Assembly: GCA_937936785.1 (NCBI GenBank)
Contig: CALDDQ010000006.1
Span: forward strand, 68,739-132,738
Direction: 5' to 3'
Length of the DNA: 64,000 bases
Source of the DNA: an uncultured Endomicrobiia bacterium
Lineage (GTDB): Bacteria > Elusimicrobiota > Endomicrobiia > DTEH01
Positions 9,722 to 19,862 of the stretch are shown piece by piece (positions within the stretch are counted from its first letter, which is position 1; each line of letters starts with the position of its first letter). The position numbers and the translations under genes are program-made. The notes under the pieces were generated by a model, which did not search any database, was not told where the DNA came from, and saw nothing but the letters and a program-made list of their open reading frames with translations.

Positions 9722-11829
9722 TTTATATTAATTTGTATCTCAAAAAAATTTTTTTCATTAGGTCCCAAAGTTATTTTATAATTTGGTGCTACACATACTC
9801 CTTGATATGTGCGCTCAAAACCACTCTCTGAAATAGAAATTGTTTCTATTGGAAATATCCAAAAGTTTGTTTTTTTTGAAACTAATATTTCTACCCTATA
9901 TCCATTTTCATTATCTTTAGAAATCCATTTTTCAGTATAAATTTCGCCTAAATTGTTTTTTTCAGGATATGAAATCATTAAATTATTCTCTGACATAAAC
10001 CATAATTCAACTTTTTTATCGGAATTATTTTTTATCATATATTTACAAGATATATTTGGAGCAAATTTATACTCTTTAACAACTTCTATACTTATTCTTT
10101 CATTATTTAACCAAACATTACCCTTACGGGATAGTTTTGTAACAAAATTTTTTTCATCTTTTGCAATTATCTCATATGGTTCCAAAACAAAATCTCCAAC
10201 CTCACCATATTGACATCGGACAAAATCGTTATATTTTGTATCCGGATGTAAAAAATGGTCCAAAAAACTATACCTGTTATACCAATCATAAAATAAGTAT
10301 TGACTTAAATTTTTCTCTTTGCTTAATACTAAATCATGTATTGTTTTAGTTTCGTTTGAGTTAAAAACATTTTGTTTTTTATCATATTCAATAAGTTTTC
10401 TATGGTATGCTTCTTTTCTACGAGTAAGCACGTTTAACAAATTTTTATTATAATCTTTTAAATCTAACTCTATAACACTTCCACCATATGAAGGCTTTAT
10501 TATTGCCTCGTAACTTATATTTTCTATAACAATTTCATCAAGACCATCCTTGTCATAATCTATTATAGACACTGTATCTTTTTTATACAACTCTTTCTCT
10601 GCTTTTATTAAATGTTCATAGATAGCTTCTCGCAAATGTGGAAGATACAAACCACCAAAAATACCATGCCAATAAGCACAGTTACACTGAGCTTTATATA
10701 AATTTGTAGTTATTTGTTCCATATTTAATTGGTTAAAAATCGGTTTTGTTTTCTCTTCACCACCTTTTACATTAGCATTATAATTTTTTATTTTTTTTAT
10801 CTTATTAACTTTATCGCTAACAAACAACATTTTCTTATGCATATTATTTGATTCTGAATATTTTGTCAAAAAATTTTTCCAATACCCACCACGCATAAAT
10901 TGTAAATATTTTTCTTTGTTTGGATTATGTTCAAATTCTTTCAAAATATCTTCAAATATTTCTTGAGTTTTTTGTGGCAAAGTCCATTCTCCCATTTCAA
11001 AATATGAAGCTGTAGGCAAATATATTCTTCCTTTTGGAAGTTGTACTTTTATAAATTCGCTATATGTCATTGTAGAAAGCCAATTTTGGTTTTCACAAAT
11101 TTTATTTAAAAACTTTTTTAACCATCCGTCTTTATAAACATGATCATATGTTTTTGGCCAACCACCAAACTTTTCTCCATCATCACACATAGTTAACCCT
11201 ACAACTTCGTTTTTATCACCAAACGAAAATTTTTTAAAAAATTCTATAACTTCTTCTACTAACCGAAACGGAATATAATATCTAAGCATCTGCGATATTG
11301 GGAAAATATATAATACACAACCTTCTTCTTCTGTAACATAATAACCTGTCAACTCCCGTTTTTCTAAACCAGCTGAGTAGAAATGATAATCATCAACTAA
11401 TGTATATTTTATTCCTGCACTAACAATATCTTTAACAATATTTTGTTCCCAAATACGTTCTGTAAGCCAAAGACCTTCAGGATTAACTCCAAAGGTTTTA
11501 AACAAAAATTTGTTCATCATTTTTATTTGGTTTATTCTATCTTTTTGTGATATTGAAGATAATATCGGTTCATAATATCCGCCAGATATCAATTCTATTT
11601 GTCCACGTTCAACCATTTCTTTAACTATTTTTATAAACTCGGGATGTCTATCGAAAAAGTAATCCCACAAAATACCAGAACAATGCATAGAAAATTTTAT
11701 TTGTGGATATTCGTACAATAAATCTATAAATGGTTTATATGAATAGTTATATGTATTTTCTATCACATGCTCAAAATTGCCAACTGGTTGATGATTATGT
11801 ATTCCAAACAAAAATTTTACCTGACTCAT
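9718..11829 (-). CDS. glycoside hydrolase family 57 alpha-glucan enzyme (4-alpha-glucanotransferase/amylopullulanase-like)
   Basis: 'FGIHNHQPVGNF' is the GH57 hallmark. The nucleophile region 'GLWLTERIWEQ' and the acid/base region 'CDDGEKFGGWP' are both present. 703 aa with a C-terminal beta-sandwich. 4-nt overlaps with IIB upstream and IIC downstream. Confidence 0.85.
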   Translation of the reverse strand: MSQVKFLFGIHNHQPVGNFEHVIENTYNYSYKPFIDLLYEYPQIKFSMHCSGILWDYFFDRHPEFIKIVKEMVERGQIELISGGYYEPILSSISQKDRINQIKMMNKFLFKTFGVNPEGLWLTERIWEQNIVKDIVSAGIKYTLVDDYHFYSAGLEKRELTGYYVTEEEGCVLYIFPISQMLRYYIPFRLVEEVIEFFKKFSFGDKNEVVGLTMCDDGEKFGGWPKTYDHVYKDGWLKKFLNKICENQNWLSTMTYSEFIKVQLPKGRIYLPTASYFEMGEWTLPQKTQEIFEDILKEFEHNPNKEKYLQFMRGGYWKNFLTKYSESNNMHKKMLFVSDKVNKIKKIKNYNANVKGGEEKTKPIFNQLNMEQITTNLYKAQCNCAYWHGIFGGLYLPHLREAIYEHLIKAEKELYKKDTVSIIDYDKDGLDEIVIENISYEAIIKPSYGGSVIELDLKDYNKNLLNVLTRRKEAYHRKLIEYDKKQNVFNSNETKTIHDLVLSKEKNLSQYLFYDWYNRYSFLDHFLHPDTKYNDFVRCQYGEVGDFVLEPYEIIAKDEKNFVTKLSRKGNVWLNNERISIEVVKEYKFAPNISCKYMIKNNSDKKVELWFMSENNLMISYPEKNNLGEIYTEKWISKDNENGYRVEILVSKKTNFWIFPIETISISESGFERTYQGVCVAPNYKITLGPNEKNFFEIQINIK

Positions 11830-12353
11830 TTGTTTGCCTCGTTTTTTACCGTTTTTTCTAAATCTAAAACTAAATCATTTAATTTAAGTTTTTTGTCATC
11901 TGGTAAAATATAATACTCCATAACTATTTTTTTTGAAATCAATTCTTTTAATAACTCTATATCTTTCATGTCTAAACACAATGCACGATATACTTGTTTT
12001 TTGTTACCACAATGACGTAATCCACCTATGTTTATTGTGTTTAACAGAGTTTTTTCTGAAAAACGAAGTACATTATTTACAAGAACATTTAGTTCTTGTA
12101 AAGAAGATATTAAAATCAACACATTTTCTTTCTCATACTTTTTTTCAACAATTTTTTTTGCTACCGTTTCAATATTATCACACTCAAGTGCTACATGTGG
12201 TGGTACAGAAAGTTTATATAAAGTCTTTTGCATTATATCACACGCAATTGTGTCGGAACAAATTGTTATCATAGAAATTTTTAACGGTTTTATCCAACCT
12301 TCAATAACTTGTCCATGGACTAGTCTATCATCTACCCTAATTATATAGCTCAT
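11826..12353 (-). CDS. PTS mannose-family EIIB component
   Basis: 'RVDDRLVHGQV' is the EIIB-Man phospho-His signature. Confidence 0.8.
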   Translation of the reverse strand: MSYIIRVDDRLVHGQVIEGWIKPLKISMITICSDTIACDIMQKTLYKLSVPPHVALECDNIETVAKKIVEKKYEKENVLILISSLQELNVLVNNVLRFSEKTLLNTINIGGLRHCGNKKQVYRALCLDMKDIELLKELISKKIVMEYYILPDDKKLKLNDLVLDLEKTVKNEANK

Positions 12354-12772
12354 TTGTTTGAATTAAGTTTTTTTACAAATTTTTCTTTCACATTGATTAT
12401 GCTATTCCTGCCAGAAGAAATTACTTTTTCTACATATTTGTTGATATCATCTATTTGTTCTCTTGCAGTAATAGCTGTAATTAACATGTATAAATTTACT
12501 CCACTAACTACAAAAATATTGTTTAAACTTTGGCATAACATTAATGATACATTGCACGGTGTGCCACCAAGCATGTCTGTCAATAAAATCATATATTCAA
12601 CTTTCATATCCACCATTTTTTGTTTTATTTTATCACACAAAGAACTTAAATTTAACTCGCTCATTACAGAAATTCCTTCTACCATATGTTTTGTCCCAAC
12701 TATAGAAAATGCTGTATTAACAAGCTCTTCTGCAAATTTCTCATGACTTAAAACTATTATACCTATTTTCAT
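12350..12772 (-). CDS. PTS mannose-family EIIA component
   Basis: 'GIIVLSHEKFAEEL' (His10 region) and 'LTDMLGGTPCN' match EIIA-Man. Confidence 0.75.
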   Translation of the reverse strand: MKIGIIVLSHEKFAEELVNTAFSIVGTKHMVEGISVMSELNLSSLCDKIKQKMVDMKVEYMILLTDMLGGTPCNVSLMLCQSLNNIFVVSGVNLYMLITAITAREQIDDINKYVEKVISSGRNSIINVKEKFVKKLNSNK

Positions 12773-13746
12773 ATTAACATTTTTATTTTTTCTGCTATTT
12801 TTATAGAATCATGTCGCAAAAAACGGCCTATTTTTTTTCTTGGGACAAAATCGCCACAAATTAATTTTAATCCCATGTTTTTTAAAATATTAAAATCATT
12901 CTCTACTGGAAAAGATTTTTCTTTTGCATAATAATGCAAATGTTTATCTGGTATTTTTCCACAATTAATAATCAAATAATCAAATTTAAATTCATTTTTA
13001 CAGTGTTCATATACTTTGTTAACATGCATAGAAGCAGTATAATTATCTGTCTCACCAGGTTGTGTCATAATATTACATATAAAAACTTTTCTTGCATTTG
13101 ATTTCTTTATTGCATTAACGATACCATTAAACATTAACGGTGGAATTAATGACGTAAACAATGAACCGGGACCTATTATCAATAAATCACAACATAAAAT
13201 ATTTTTTTCAACTTCAGGATAATGTTTAACTTGTTTTGGTATAATTTTTAATCTTTTTATTGGAATTTTTGATTTAGAAATTTTACTTTCTCCTTTAATA
13301 ACTTTTCCATTAACTAATTCTGCTACTAAATTTGCAGATTGTAATGTAACCGGCAAAACTTTTCCTTTAATGGATAAAATATCTGTTATAGCAGATAAAG
13401 CATTTTGAAAACCACCTAAAATATCTGACATTGCTATTAACAATAAATTACCTAACGAATGTCCACCAACCTCTGGATTTCCTCTTTTTATTGGAAACCT
13501 ATAATTAAATAATTCAGACAATAAATCTTCTTTATCCGATAACGCAACTAAACAATTACGAATATCTCCCGGCGGTACCACACCAAACTCTTTTCTCAAC
13601 CTACCAGAACTGCCTCCATCATCCATTGTAGTAACTATAGAAACAATATCTACATTTTTTATTGTTTTAATACCACGCAACAAAGTTGCTAAACCTGTCC
13701 CACCACCAATTGTAACTATCTTTTTTTTATTCATAATAAGTGACAT
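12769..13746 (-). CDS. yvcK: gluconeogenesis factor YvcK/GlmR (CofD-like, UDP-sugar binding)
   Basis: 325 aa. N-terminal 'IGGGTGL' and CofD-like fold motifs. Conserved partner of RapZ. Confidence 0.8.
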   Translation of the reverse strand: MSLIMNKKKIVTIGGGTGLATLLRGIKTIKNVDIVSIVTTMDDGGSSGRLRKEFGVVPPGDIRNCLVALSDKEDLLSELFNYRFPIKRGNPEVGGHSLGNLLLIAMSDILGGFQNALSAITDILSIKGKVLPVTLQSANLVAELVNGKVIKGESKISKSKIPIKRLKIIPKQVKHYPEVEKNILCCDLLIIGPGSLFTSLIPPLMFNGIVNAIKKSNARKVFICNIMTQPGETDNYTASMHVNKVYEHCKNEFKFDYLIINCGKIPDKHLHYYAKEKSFPVENDFNILKNMGLKLICGDFVPRKKIGRFLRHDSIKIAEKIKMLI

Positions 13747-14617
13747 CTCTATGATATAAACTTATCTCTGTATTACTACCACAAATATCTTTTTGTGAAA
13801 TTAAAAATTTGTATATTATTTGTGCTAAAGCAACTGATCTATGCTGTCCTCCTGTACAACCAAACGCAATTGTTAAATAATTTTTTCCTTCGGAAAAAAA
13901 ATTTGGTAAAATAAATCTTAATAAATTTTCTATATGTAAAATAAATTTTTCAGTTAATTCAAAACTCAAAACATATTCTTGGACTTTTTTGTGTTTCCCA
14001 GTATAATTTTTAAGTTTTTCCACATAGTTTGGGTTCGGTAAAAAACGTGTATCTAATATTATGTCTGCATTAATTGGCAGACCATATTTATAACCAAAAG
14101 ACATCACTGTAATATTTATCTTACCTGAAGTTTTTAAGTTTATAGTTTTTAAAACACAGAGTTTAAGTTCAGATAAATTTAAAGAAGAACTGTTTATTAC
14201 ATAATCTGCTTCTTTCTTAAATTCTTCTAACAAAGTTTTTTCTTTTTTTATTGCTTCAACAAGATTTCCTCCTAACGGATGTCTGCGCCGTGTCTCAGAA
14301 AAACGTTTTATCAAAGATTTTTCGTCTGCATCCATAAACAATTTTAGCACATCTACTTTTGATTTTTCAAATGAAACAATTTTAAACGCTTTTTTTAAAT
14401 CGTTTAAATTTTGTGCTGATCTTATATCTAATCCAATAGCGAAATTTGTTCTTTTAGTGTGTTTAAACAAATCTACAAATTTTGACATTAACTCTACTGG
14501 TAAATTATCTATACAAAAATATCCTTCGTCTTCTAAAATATTTAATGCTTGACTCTTACCTGCACCTGATAAACCAGAAACTATTATTAACCTTTTATTT
14601 TTCATGTTTTTTTTCAT
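13727..14617 (-). CDS. rapZ: RNase adapter protein RapZ (YvcJ/YhbJ)
   Basis: 296 aa. P-loop 'GLSGAGKS' at the N-terminus. Typical RapZ length, and position downstream of ptsN/hprK. Confidence 0.85.
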   Translation of the reverse strand: MKKNMKNKRLIIVSGLSGAGKSQALNILEDEGYFCIDNLPVELMSKFVDLFKHTKRTNFAIGLDIRSAQNLNDLKKAFKIVSFEKSKVDVLKLFMDADEKSLIKRFSETRRRHPLGGNLVEAIKKEKTLLEEFKKEADYVINSSSLNLSELKLCVLKTINLKTSGKINITVMSFGYKYGLPINADIILDTRFLPNPNYVEKLKNYTGKHKKVQEYVLSFELTEKFILHIENLLRFILPNFFSEGKNYLTIAFGCTGGQHRSVALAQIIYKFLISQKDICGSNTEISLYHRDVTYYE

Positions 14618-15545
14618 CTATGGCACGAAGAACTCGTTTGTCTAACTCTTCAACCGGAAAATATCCTTTTTCCTGCAATTTAAAATTTAATGCAGCAATT
14701 TCTATCAAAGTAGAAACATTTCTTCCGGGACCAACCGGAATTGTTATCTGTGGAATTTTTACTCCAAGTATTTCTAAAAACTTCCTTTCACTTCCAAGAC
14801 GATCATATTCACCAAAGTTTGAAAATAATTTTAGATTAATTAACAAATCTATTCTTGACCGATCCATTTTTATACCAACACCAAAAATAGCTGCAACATC
14901 TACTATTCCTAAACCCCTAACTTCAATAAAATCTTTTATTATTCCTTCAGATGTTCCCATCAAAACACCAGAAGAAGATACATAAGTTTTTACTATATCA
15001 TCAGCAACAAACATATGCCCACGTTTTAATAATTCTATTGCTGCCTCAGATTTTCCAATTCCTGAATCACCAGAAATAACTATCCCAACTCCATATACAT
15101 TCACCATAACACCCTGCAATGAACTACTCTTGGTTAGTTTTTCTTCCAAAATTATAGATAAATCGTTTACAAAAAGTACCGTTTCATAATCAGTACCTAA
15201 AATTACTACCGATTTTTCCTTTGCAAGTTCTATAATTTCAGGAAACGGTTCTAACCCTGCAGTAAAAATTATTGCTGGAATACTATCACCAAATTTTTCA
15301 AAAATATCAGAAATTCGTTTATATCTTTCTTCAGGCAATAACTCTTCTAAATACGAATATTCTGTCACGCCACAAACTTGTATTCTTTTCTCCGGGAACA
15401 GTTTATAATGTCCAACAACAGCAAGGCTTAATCTATGAACAAGTGGTTCTAAAATTACCTTATCCAAACCTTTATCTTCAGTAAAAACTTTAAAATTAAA
15501 CTTACTATTGGTATCTTTAATTAGATCTTTAACTTTATAAGACAT
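14595..15545 (-). CDS. hprK: HPr kinase/phosphorylase
   Basis: 316 aa with Walker A 'GDSGIGKSE', the HprK signature. Confidence 0.9.
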   Translation of the reverse strand: MSYKVKDLIKDTNSKFNFKVFTEDKGLDKVILEPLVHRLSLAVVGHYKLFPEKRIQVCGVTEYSYLEELLPEERYKRISDIFEKFGDSIPAIIFTAGLEPFPEIIELAKEKSVVILGTDYETVLFVNDLSIILEEKLTKSSSLQGVMVNVYGVGIVISGDSGIGKSEAAIELLKRGHMFVADDIVKTYVSSSGVLMGTSEGIIKDFIEVRGLGIVDVAAIFGVGIKMDRSRIDLLINLKLFSNFGEYDRLGSERKFLEILGVKIPQITIPVGPGRNVSTLIEIAALNFKLQEKGYFPVEELDKRVLRAIDEKKHEK

Positions 15546-15552
15546 ACATTTT

Positions 15553-16011
15553 TTAAAAATTATCTTCTTGTTTAATTATCTTTACTGCTTCTTCAATTGT
15601 TGACACATTTTTTAACGCTTCTCTAAAAAATCTATCTTTAAAAAATCTTGACACACGTGATATTGCCCTTAAATAATCACCAGTAGCATCTAATGGTGAA
15701 AGTATTAGAAAAATAAAATGTACTGGTTCACCATCTAAAGAGTCAAAATCTACTCCCTCACTAGATATCCCAAGCGCACCTACTAATTTTTCAACTGCAT
15801 TTGTTCTACCATGAGGAATTGCTACACCAGAACCTACACCAGTAGAACCTAATTTTTCTCTCTCAATAACACTGCGAACAGCTTCCTCTTCATCTTTAAT
15901 TTTCTTATTTTTGCTTAATTCACTGATTAGTTCTTTTATTATAGATTTCTTATCTTTGCCTTTTAATTCTAAAATAATCGATTTTGTATCTAAAAAACTC
16001 ATTATTTTCAT
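15553..16011 (-). CDS. ptsN: PTS EIIA-Ntr (nitrogen-regulatory IIA, fructose-type)
   Basis: 152 aa. 'GVAIPHGRT' phospho-His motif. Located after hpf. Confidence 0.85.
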   Translation of the reverse strand: MKIMSFLDTKSIILELKGKDKKSIIKELISELSKNKKIKDEEEAVRSVIEREKLGSTGVGSGVAIPHGRTNAVEKLVGALGISSEGVDFDSLDGEPVHFIFLILSPLDATGDYLRAISRVSRFFKDRFFREALKNVSTIEEAVKIIKQEDNF

Positions 16012-16035
16012 TTTCTATTTCTCCCCTTTTTTGTA

Positions 16036-16554
16036 TTAATATGTTTCTATTTGTGCCACTTTTACAAAATTATTTTTTTTATAAACTATATTTAACTTTT
16101 CCGTCTCTTTATCAATAAAAACAAAAAAATTTTCACGCCCTTCTTCAAACATTTTTATAGCATCCGCTCTAATCATCTTCTGAGCATAAATAACAGTCTC
16201 TTCACTATCAAAACTATCATATTGTTTGTCTACAAATATTTCACTAACTTTTTTTCTATGTTTCTTTAAAGACACAATTTTTTCTTTATGCCTTATCAAC
16301 AATTCTTTTATCCTGTTTGCTGACTTATCTATCGCTACATATAAATCTTTATCCACTTCTTTTATTTTAAATATTTTTTTGTTTGAATACAATATAACCT
16401 CTGCACTATGTCTATACTTATTTACCTCCAAAATTACCTGCACAGAAATTATATTATGGACATACTTTTCCATACCACCAAAACGTTTATTAACATAATC
16501 TGAAATCGCATCTGTAATTTTAACATGTCTACCTACAATTTTAATGTTTTCCAT
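16036..16554 (-). CDS. hpf: ribosome hibernation promoting factor (long HPF / sigma-54 modulation protein family)
   Basis: 172 aa. N-terminal RaiA/HPF domain 'IKIVGRHVKITDAISDYVNKRF' plus a C-terminal dimerisation extension. Confidence 0.8.
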   Translation of the reverse strand: MENIKIVGRHVKITDAISDYVNKRFGGMEKYVHNIISVQVILEVNKYRHSAEVILYSNKKIFKIKEVDKDLYVAIDKSANRIKELLIRHKEKIVSLKKHRKKVSEIFVDKQYDSFDSEETVIYAQKMIRADAIKMFEEGRENFFVFIDKETEKLNIVYKKNNFVKVAQIETY

Positions 16555-16568
16555 AAACAGATCTCCTT

Positions 16569-17300
16569 TTATAACTTAAACTTTTCTCCTAAATAAATTT
16601 TCCTTGCTTGGTCATCATTTACTAACTGTTGCGCATCACCATGAATTAATATGTCTCCACGATAAATTATGTATGCTCTATCAACTATTTCTAATGTTTC
16701 TCTTACATTATGATCTGTTAACAAAATACCAAGCCCACTTTTTTTTAATTTTAAAACTATAAGTTGTAATTCTTCAATTGTTTTTGGATCAATACCAACA
16801 AACGGTTCGTCTAATAACAAATATTTTGGGTTTGAAACTAATACTCTGGCAATTTCACATCTTCGTTTCTCGCCACCAGATAATGTATACGCTTTTTGTT
16901 TTCTTAAATGAACTAAGTTAAACTCATTTAACATTTTTTCTAAAACTTCATTTTTTTGTTTGTTTAAACTATAACAGATTTCTACTGCTGCAAAAATGTT
17001 TTCTTCCACAGTAAGTTTTCTAAATATTGATGGTTCTTGAGATAAATACCCAATACCTTTTCTTGCTCTAAAATAAACTGGCATATTAGTAACATTTTGT
17101 CCGTCAACAGAAATTGTCCCATTGTCAATTTTTACCAAACCCATTATTGAATAAAAAAATGTTGTTTTACCAGCTCCATTAGGACCTAACAATCCTACAA
17201 CTTCTCCAGGATTTATGGAAATAGAAATATTGTTTAATACTAACTTATGTTCATAAGATTTACTAACACTTTCAGCTATTATGCTCATTTTTAAACACAA
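16569..17300 (-). CDS. lptB: LPS export ABC transporter ATPase LptB
   Basis: Walker A 'GPNGAGKTT', signature 'LSGGEKRR', Walker B 'LLLDEP'. 243 aa. Sits between lptA and hpf. Confidence 0.85.
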   Translation of the reverse strand: MCLKMSIIAESVSKSYEHKLVLNNISISINPGEVVGLLGPNGAGKTTFFYSIMGLVKIDNGTISVDGQNVTNMPVYFRARKGIGYLSQEPSIFRKLTVEENIFAAVEICYSLNKQKNEVLEKMLNEFNLVHLRKQKAYTLSGGEKRRCEIARVLVSNPKYLLLDEPFVGIDPKTIEELQLIVLKLKKSGLGILLTDHNVRETLEIVDRAYIIYRGDILIHGDAQQLVNDDQARKIYLGEKFKL

Positions 17301-17964
17301 TCTCTACTTTCCCATCTAAATAAATTTTATTTTTATCTATATAAAAAATTGCCTTGTTTGAAGTAAAATATTCTACATTAATACTACTCTGCTTTGACAC
17401 AAACACTACCTTTTCACTACTATTTTCTTGTTCAAAATAGTTCATATAAACAATTTTGTTACTTATATAATATTCTGCATATGAACAACTTAATTCTCCT
17501 TGCATATTTTTTATTTTTACATTGCCTACACAAATAATTTTATCGTTATTTTCCTTGAACAAAATTTTTTCTGCATAAAGATGTGTATGTTGTTTTCCAT
17601 CACTGTTTTTGTATAACACGTATGGATTCTCTGTAAACTCAAGAACCATTCCCAAAGAATCATATTTTGCCATATTTGACCATATCTCTACCATAGAATT
17701 ATCTTTAGTAGAAATAATTATTGCATAAACATTAAATTTACATAGAATATTTTTATTGTTTTCATCAAATATCGCTTCGTTACAAAAAATTTTTCCATCT
17801 TTAAATTCAATTACTACATTTTGTTTAAATTTTATTATTTTGTCTTTTCTATTGTATTCAGTATTATCTGCCGTAATTTTTTTTATACTTTGTTCTTGTG
17901 CAAAAGTTATAGTAGTAAAAATTATAGATGTTAATAAGTATAATAACTTAATTCTGAGGTACAA
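17272..17964 (-). CDS. lptA: LptA-like periplasmic LPS transport protein (OstA N-terminal fold)
   Basis: Signal peptide plus a beta-jellyroll OstA-like sequence. Conserved position between lptC and lptB. Confidence 0.55.
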   Translation of the reverse strand: MYLRIKLLYLLTSIIFTTITFAQEQSIKKITADNTEYNRKDKIIKFKQNVVIEFKDGKIFCNEAIFDENNKNILCKFNVYAIIISTKDNSMVEIWSNMAKYDSLGMVLEFTENPYVLYKNSDGKQHTHLYAEKILFKENNDKIICVGNVKIKNMQGELSCSYAEYYISNKIVYMNYFEQENSSEKVVFVSKQSSINVEYFTSNKAIFYIDKNKIYLDGKVEIVFKNEHNS

Positions 17965-18478
17965 TTATTGTTTCCTTAATATTTATAGTTTTAAACCCGT
18001 CTTCTGTTTCAAAACCTTTCCCTGTTATTAAATTGTTCAACCTGTAAACTTTTATTTCTTTATCAGAAAAAGCTTTGTTAATCGAAGATATGTATTTTAT
18101 ATCATATGTAATTATTTTTTCTTTTTCAACGGTATTTACAATATTTTCACCAATAAAAAATATGTCGTTTGTTATTGTATTCATTATTGCTTGTTTAAAT
18201 ATCATTATGGAAACATAATCATCTTTTTTATAAAACTTTATACTACCATCAAAAATGGTTATTTTATTATTTTTTTCATCAATTTCAGCTTCTTTAGCAA
18301 ATATTTTCCATGTTGGCATACCATCTTTTGTTTCTGTTAAAGTAAAATTTATAATTTTTGAGACATCTTTGCTATCAACACGTAAAGAATTAGAATGTTT
18401 GTCACAAGAATATGTCAAAAATAATAATAACATTATTATTGTTTTTTTTAATTCCATCTTTTGTGTATCCAAATCCAT
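17948..18478 (-). CDS. lptC: LptC-like inner-membrane-anchored LPS transport protein
   Basis: N-terminal TM anchor (the true start is probably the internal Met of MELKKTIIMLLLF), about 170 aa, directly upstream of lptA. Confidence 0.45.
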   Translation of the reverse strand: MDLDTQKMELKKTIIMLLLFLTYSCDKHSNSLRVDSKDVSKIINFTLTETKDGMPTWKIFAKEAEIDEKNNKITIFDGSIKFYKKDDYVSIMIFKQAIMNTITNDIFFIGENIVNTVEKEKIITYDIKYISSINKAFSDKEIKVYRLNNLITGKGFETEDGFKTINIKETIIVPQN

Positions 18479-19320
18479 TGTGCTGGATAAAGTTTAATAT
18501 ATTCAGATAAAATATTATTTATTTCTGTAACTAATTTTATTTTATCGTTATATAAATTATAGTCTAACTGTTTAATTTTTATTTTATGTTTGGATTTTTT
18601 ACGCACTATAACACCTACTACAGAAGGTATTTTATATTTAATTACCATTTCAACCACACTTATAGGCGTAGAAGCAGTTTTACCTAAAAAAGGTATCTCA
18701 ACATTTTTTACTGAACTTATATTTTGATCCACTAAAACTCCTATTAAATATCCTCTTTTCAGTGCAAATAACAAATTTTTTATAGAATTTTGTTTTCCTC
18801 GTCCAATAACTATTTCGTTTACAGAACATCGCATCTTTTCTACAAAAAGATCAACCTCTTTAATATAATTTTCTCTAAAAATTACTGCTAATGGAAAACC
18901 TGATAAACTCAATTTTGCTCCAAGTAGTTCCCAATTACCAAAATGTCCTGAAAAAATTATTACTCCTTTACCTTCAGAATAAATTTTTTTTAAAATTGAT
19001 AAACTATCTTCTTCAAATTCAACTAAATTGTTTATTAAATATTTCATTCTTTCAAATAAAATAAATTCAAATATATTTTTCCCTAATTCACTAAACATCT
19101 GTTTAGTTATTTTACGAATTTCATCAAAATTTTTATCTGGAAAAATATATTTTAAGTTATTATATGCTACATATTTGTTCTTCATGTCAAAATAAAAAAA
19201 TATTTTACCTAAAATACTGCCTATTAATTGATTAATTTTTATTGGAAGATTACAGAAAAGTACATAAACTAAAAAAATAAAATACCAGATAATCTTATTT
19301 CTAATATTCTTTAAACTCAT
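18448..19320 (-). CDS. lpxL: lipid A biosynthesis lauroyl/myristoyl acyltransferase (LpxL/HtrB family)
   Basis: N-terminal TM segment and 'FSGHFGNWELLG' (HX4E-type acyltransferase motif). 290 aa. Confidence 0.8.
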   Translation of the reverse strand: MSLKNIRNKIIWYFIFLVYVLFCNLPIKINQLIGSILGKIFFYFDMKNKYVAYNNLKYIFPDKNFDEIRKITKQMFSELGKNIFEFILFERMKYLINNLVEFEEDSLSILKKIYSEGKGVIIFSGHFGNWELLGAKLSLSGFPLAVIFRENYIKEVDLFVEKMRCSVNEIVIGRGKQNSIKNLLFALKRGYLIGVLVDQNISSVKNVEIPFLGKTASTPISVVEMVIKYKIPSVVGVIVRKKSKHKIKIKQLDYNLYNDKIKLVTEINNILSEYIKLYPAQWIWIHKRWN

Positions 19321-19862
19321 TTATTATAAACAGAAAAAACTTTATCCCACTTTCCTTGTGATTTTAAAATAAGTTCAACAACTTCTCTAAAAACACCACA
19401 GCCTGAGTTATACGAAGAAATAAAATTTACATATTTTTTAACATCGTCCAATGCATCTTTAGGACAAACAGAAAGTCCTGAACGTTTTAATATTGAAATA
19501 TCTAACCAATCATCTCCTATATATGCAATTTCTTCATCAGAATAGTTACCTATTTTTTTTATTTTTTCATAAACATCTAATTTATCTTTTACATTTTGAT
19601 AAAAAAAATCTAATTTTAACTCTTTTGCACGATCTGATAACTGTTTACAACCTCTGCCACTTATCCAACCCAATTTTATATTTAAACCAGAAAGCCAAAT
19701 TAAAGTATATGCTAACCTATCTTTAATATCCCATATTTTAACCTCTTCACCACTATCAAGAACAATCAGTTCTCCTTTTGTTAACACACCATCAACATCA
19801 GATAATAAAACTTTAATTTTTTTTGCTTTTTGTAAATGTTTTTTTTCAAATTTCATTTTCAT
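19317..19862 (-). CDS. kdsC: 3-deoxy-D-manno-octulosonate 8-phosphate phosphatase (HAD family)
   Basis: 'KVLLSDVDGVLTKG' HAD motif I. 181 aa. Follows kdsD. Confidence 0.8.
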   Translation of the reverse strand: MKMKFEKKHLQKAKKIKVLLSDVDGVLTKGELIVLDSGEEVKIWDIKDRLAYTLIWLSGLNIKLGWISGRGCKQLSDRAKELKLDFFYQNVKDKLDVYEKIKKIGNYSDEEIAYIGDDWLDISILKRSGLSVCPKDALDDVKKYVNFISSYNSGCGVFREVVELILKSQGKWDKVFSVYNK

